Shown here: positions 63,710 to 64,000 of the stretch, in pieces
Numbering within the stretch: position 1 is the first letter of the stretch
How the letters are laid out: every line of letters begins with the position of its first letter
Assembly: GCA_965645245.1 (NCBI GenBank)
Contig: OZ287070.1
Span: forward strand, 1,860,001 to 1,924,000
DNA length: 64,000 bases
Reading direction: 5' to 3'
Origin: Massalongia carnosa
Lineage: Eukaryota
Program-made: the position numbers and the translations under genes
The notes under the pieces: generated by a model
Told to the model about the DNA's origin: nothing
What the model saw: the letters and a program-made list of their open reading frames with translations, nothing else
The model's database searches: none

Positions 63710-64000
63710 ATGTATCCTTTAAAGTATACTGAAGAGTTTCCTTTACCTCAAGTTATAGAGTTGTTGGCTCCATACATCAAAACCCGACAAGAGGCTCTAC
63801 GAATCAGACGTATTTTATCTTTATATCTTGCTCAAAGTATTGATGGCGGTCCAGGCAATCCACTTTCACTTACATCCCTCGCTGTACCCCGTGAAGACGC
63901 GCAAGTCAAAAGAATTCCCCCTGGATTTTCCGGACTTCGGAGAAACTATCTAAAGGCGTTACAGGCCCATATCAAGGCAAGAGAGGAATTTAATCAGCTT
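63710..64000 (+). CDS. 5' part of a fungal hypothetical protein (runs off window end)
   Basis: Open frame MYPLKYTEEFPLPQVIELLAPYIKTRQEALRIRRIL...GLRRNYLKALQAHIKAREEF; divergent from BRR2. Confidence 0.6.
   Translation, partial: MYPLKYTEEFPLPQVIELLAPYIKTRQEALRIRRILSLYLAQSIDGGPGNPLSLTSLAVPREDAQVKRIPPGFSGLRRNYLKALQAHIKAREEFNQL

Overview
Gene-dense, intron-rich chromosomal DNA from a filamentous ascomycete (Pezizomycotina, inferred from GT..CTRAY..AG introns of mostly 50-110 nt and the gene families present). After manual splicing I can support about 24 protein-coding genes: partial CorA-like, MCT-type MFS transporter, amidase, RCL1, BNA1, a PWWP protein, an SRm160/PWI protein, an FAH-family hydrolase, eIF4A, F-box/JmjC, a Ctr copper transporter, EAF6, NOP14, ORC3, a Mss116-like DEAD-box helicase, a PPR protein, CPA2, a DPP5-like peptidase, BRR2 and several hypotheticals. 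There is also one intron-containing tRNA-Pro(AGG) and a few microsatellites. I see no intact mobile element, CRISPR array or secondary-metabolite cluster, and no clearly novel multi-gene system. The best leads are small post-transcriptional features: (i) a structured, uORF-containing putative 5'-UTR intron ending exactly at the CPA2 start codon; (ii) an in-frame alternative 3' splice site that would remove an acidic dileucine motif from the Ctr transporter; (iii) tandem weak/strong AUGs suggesting dual targeting of DPP5 and the DEAD-box helicase; (iv) structured RNA candidates in two unusually long introns and in a 4.8-kb gene-free interval; (v) abrupt GC-rich, purine-skewed patches at gene 3' ends. 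All of these are by-eye hypotheses with no folding or database searches run.
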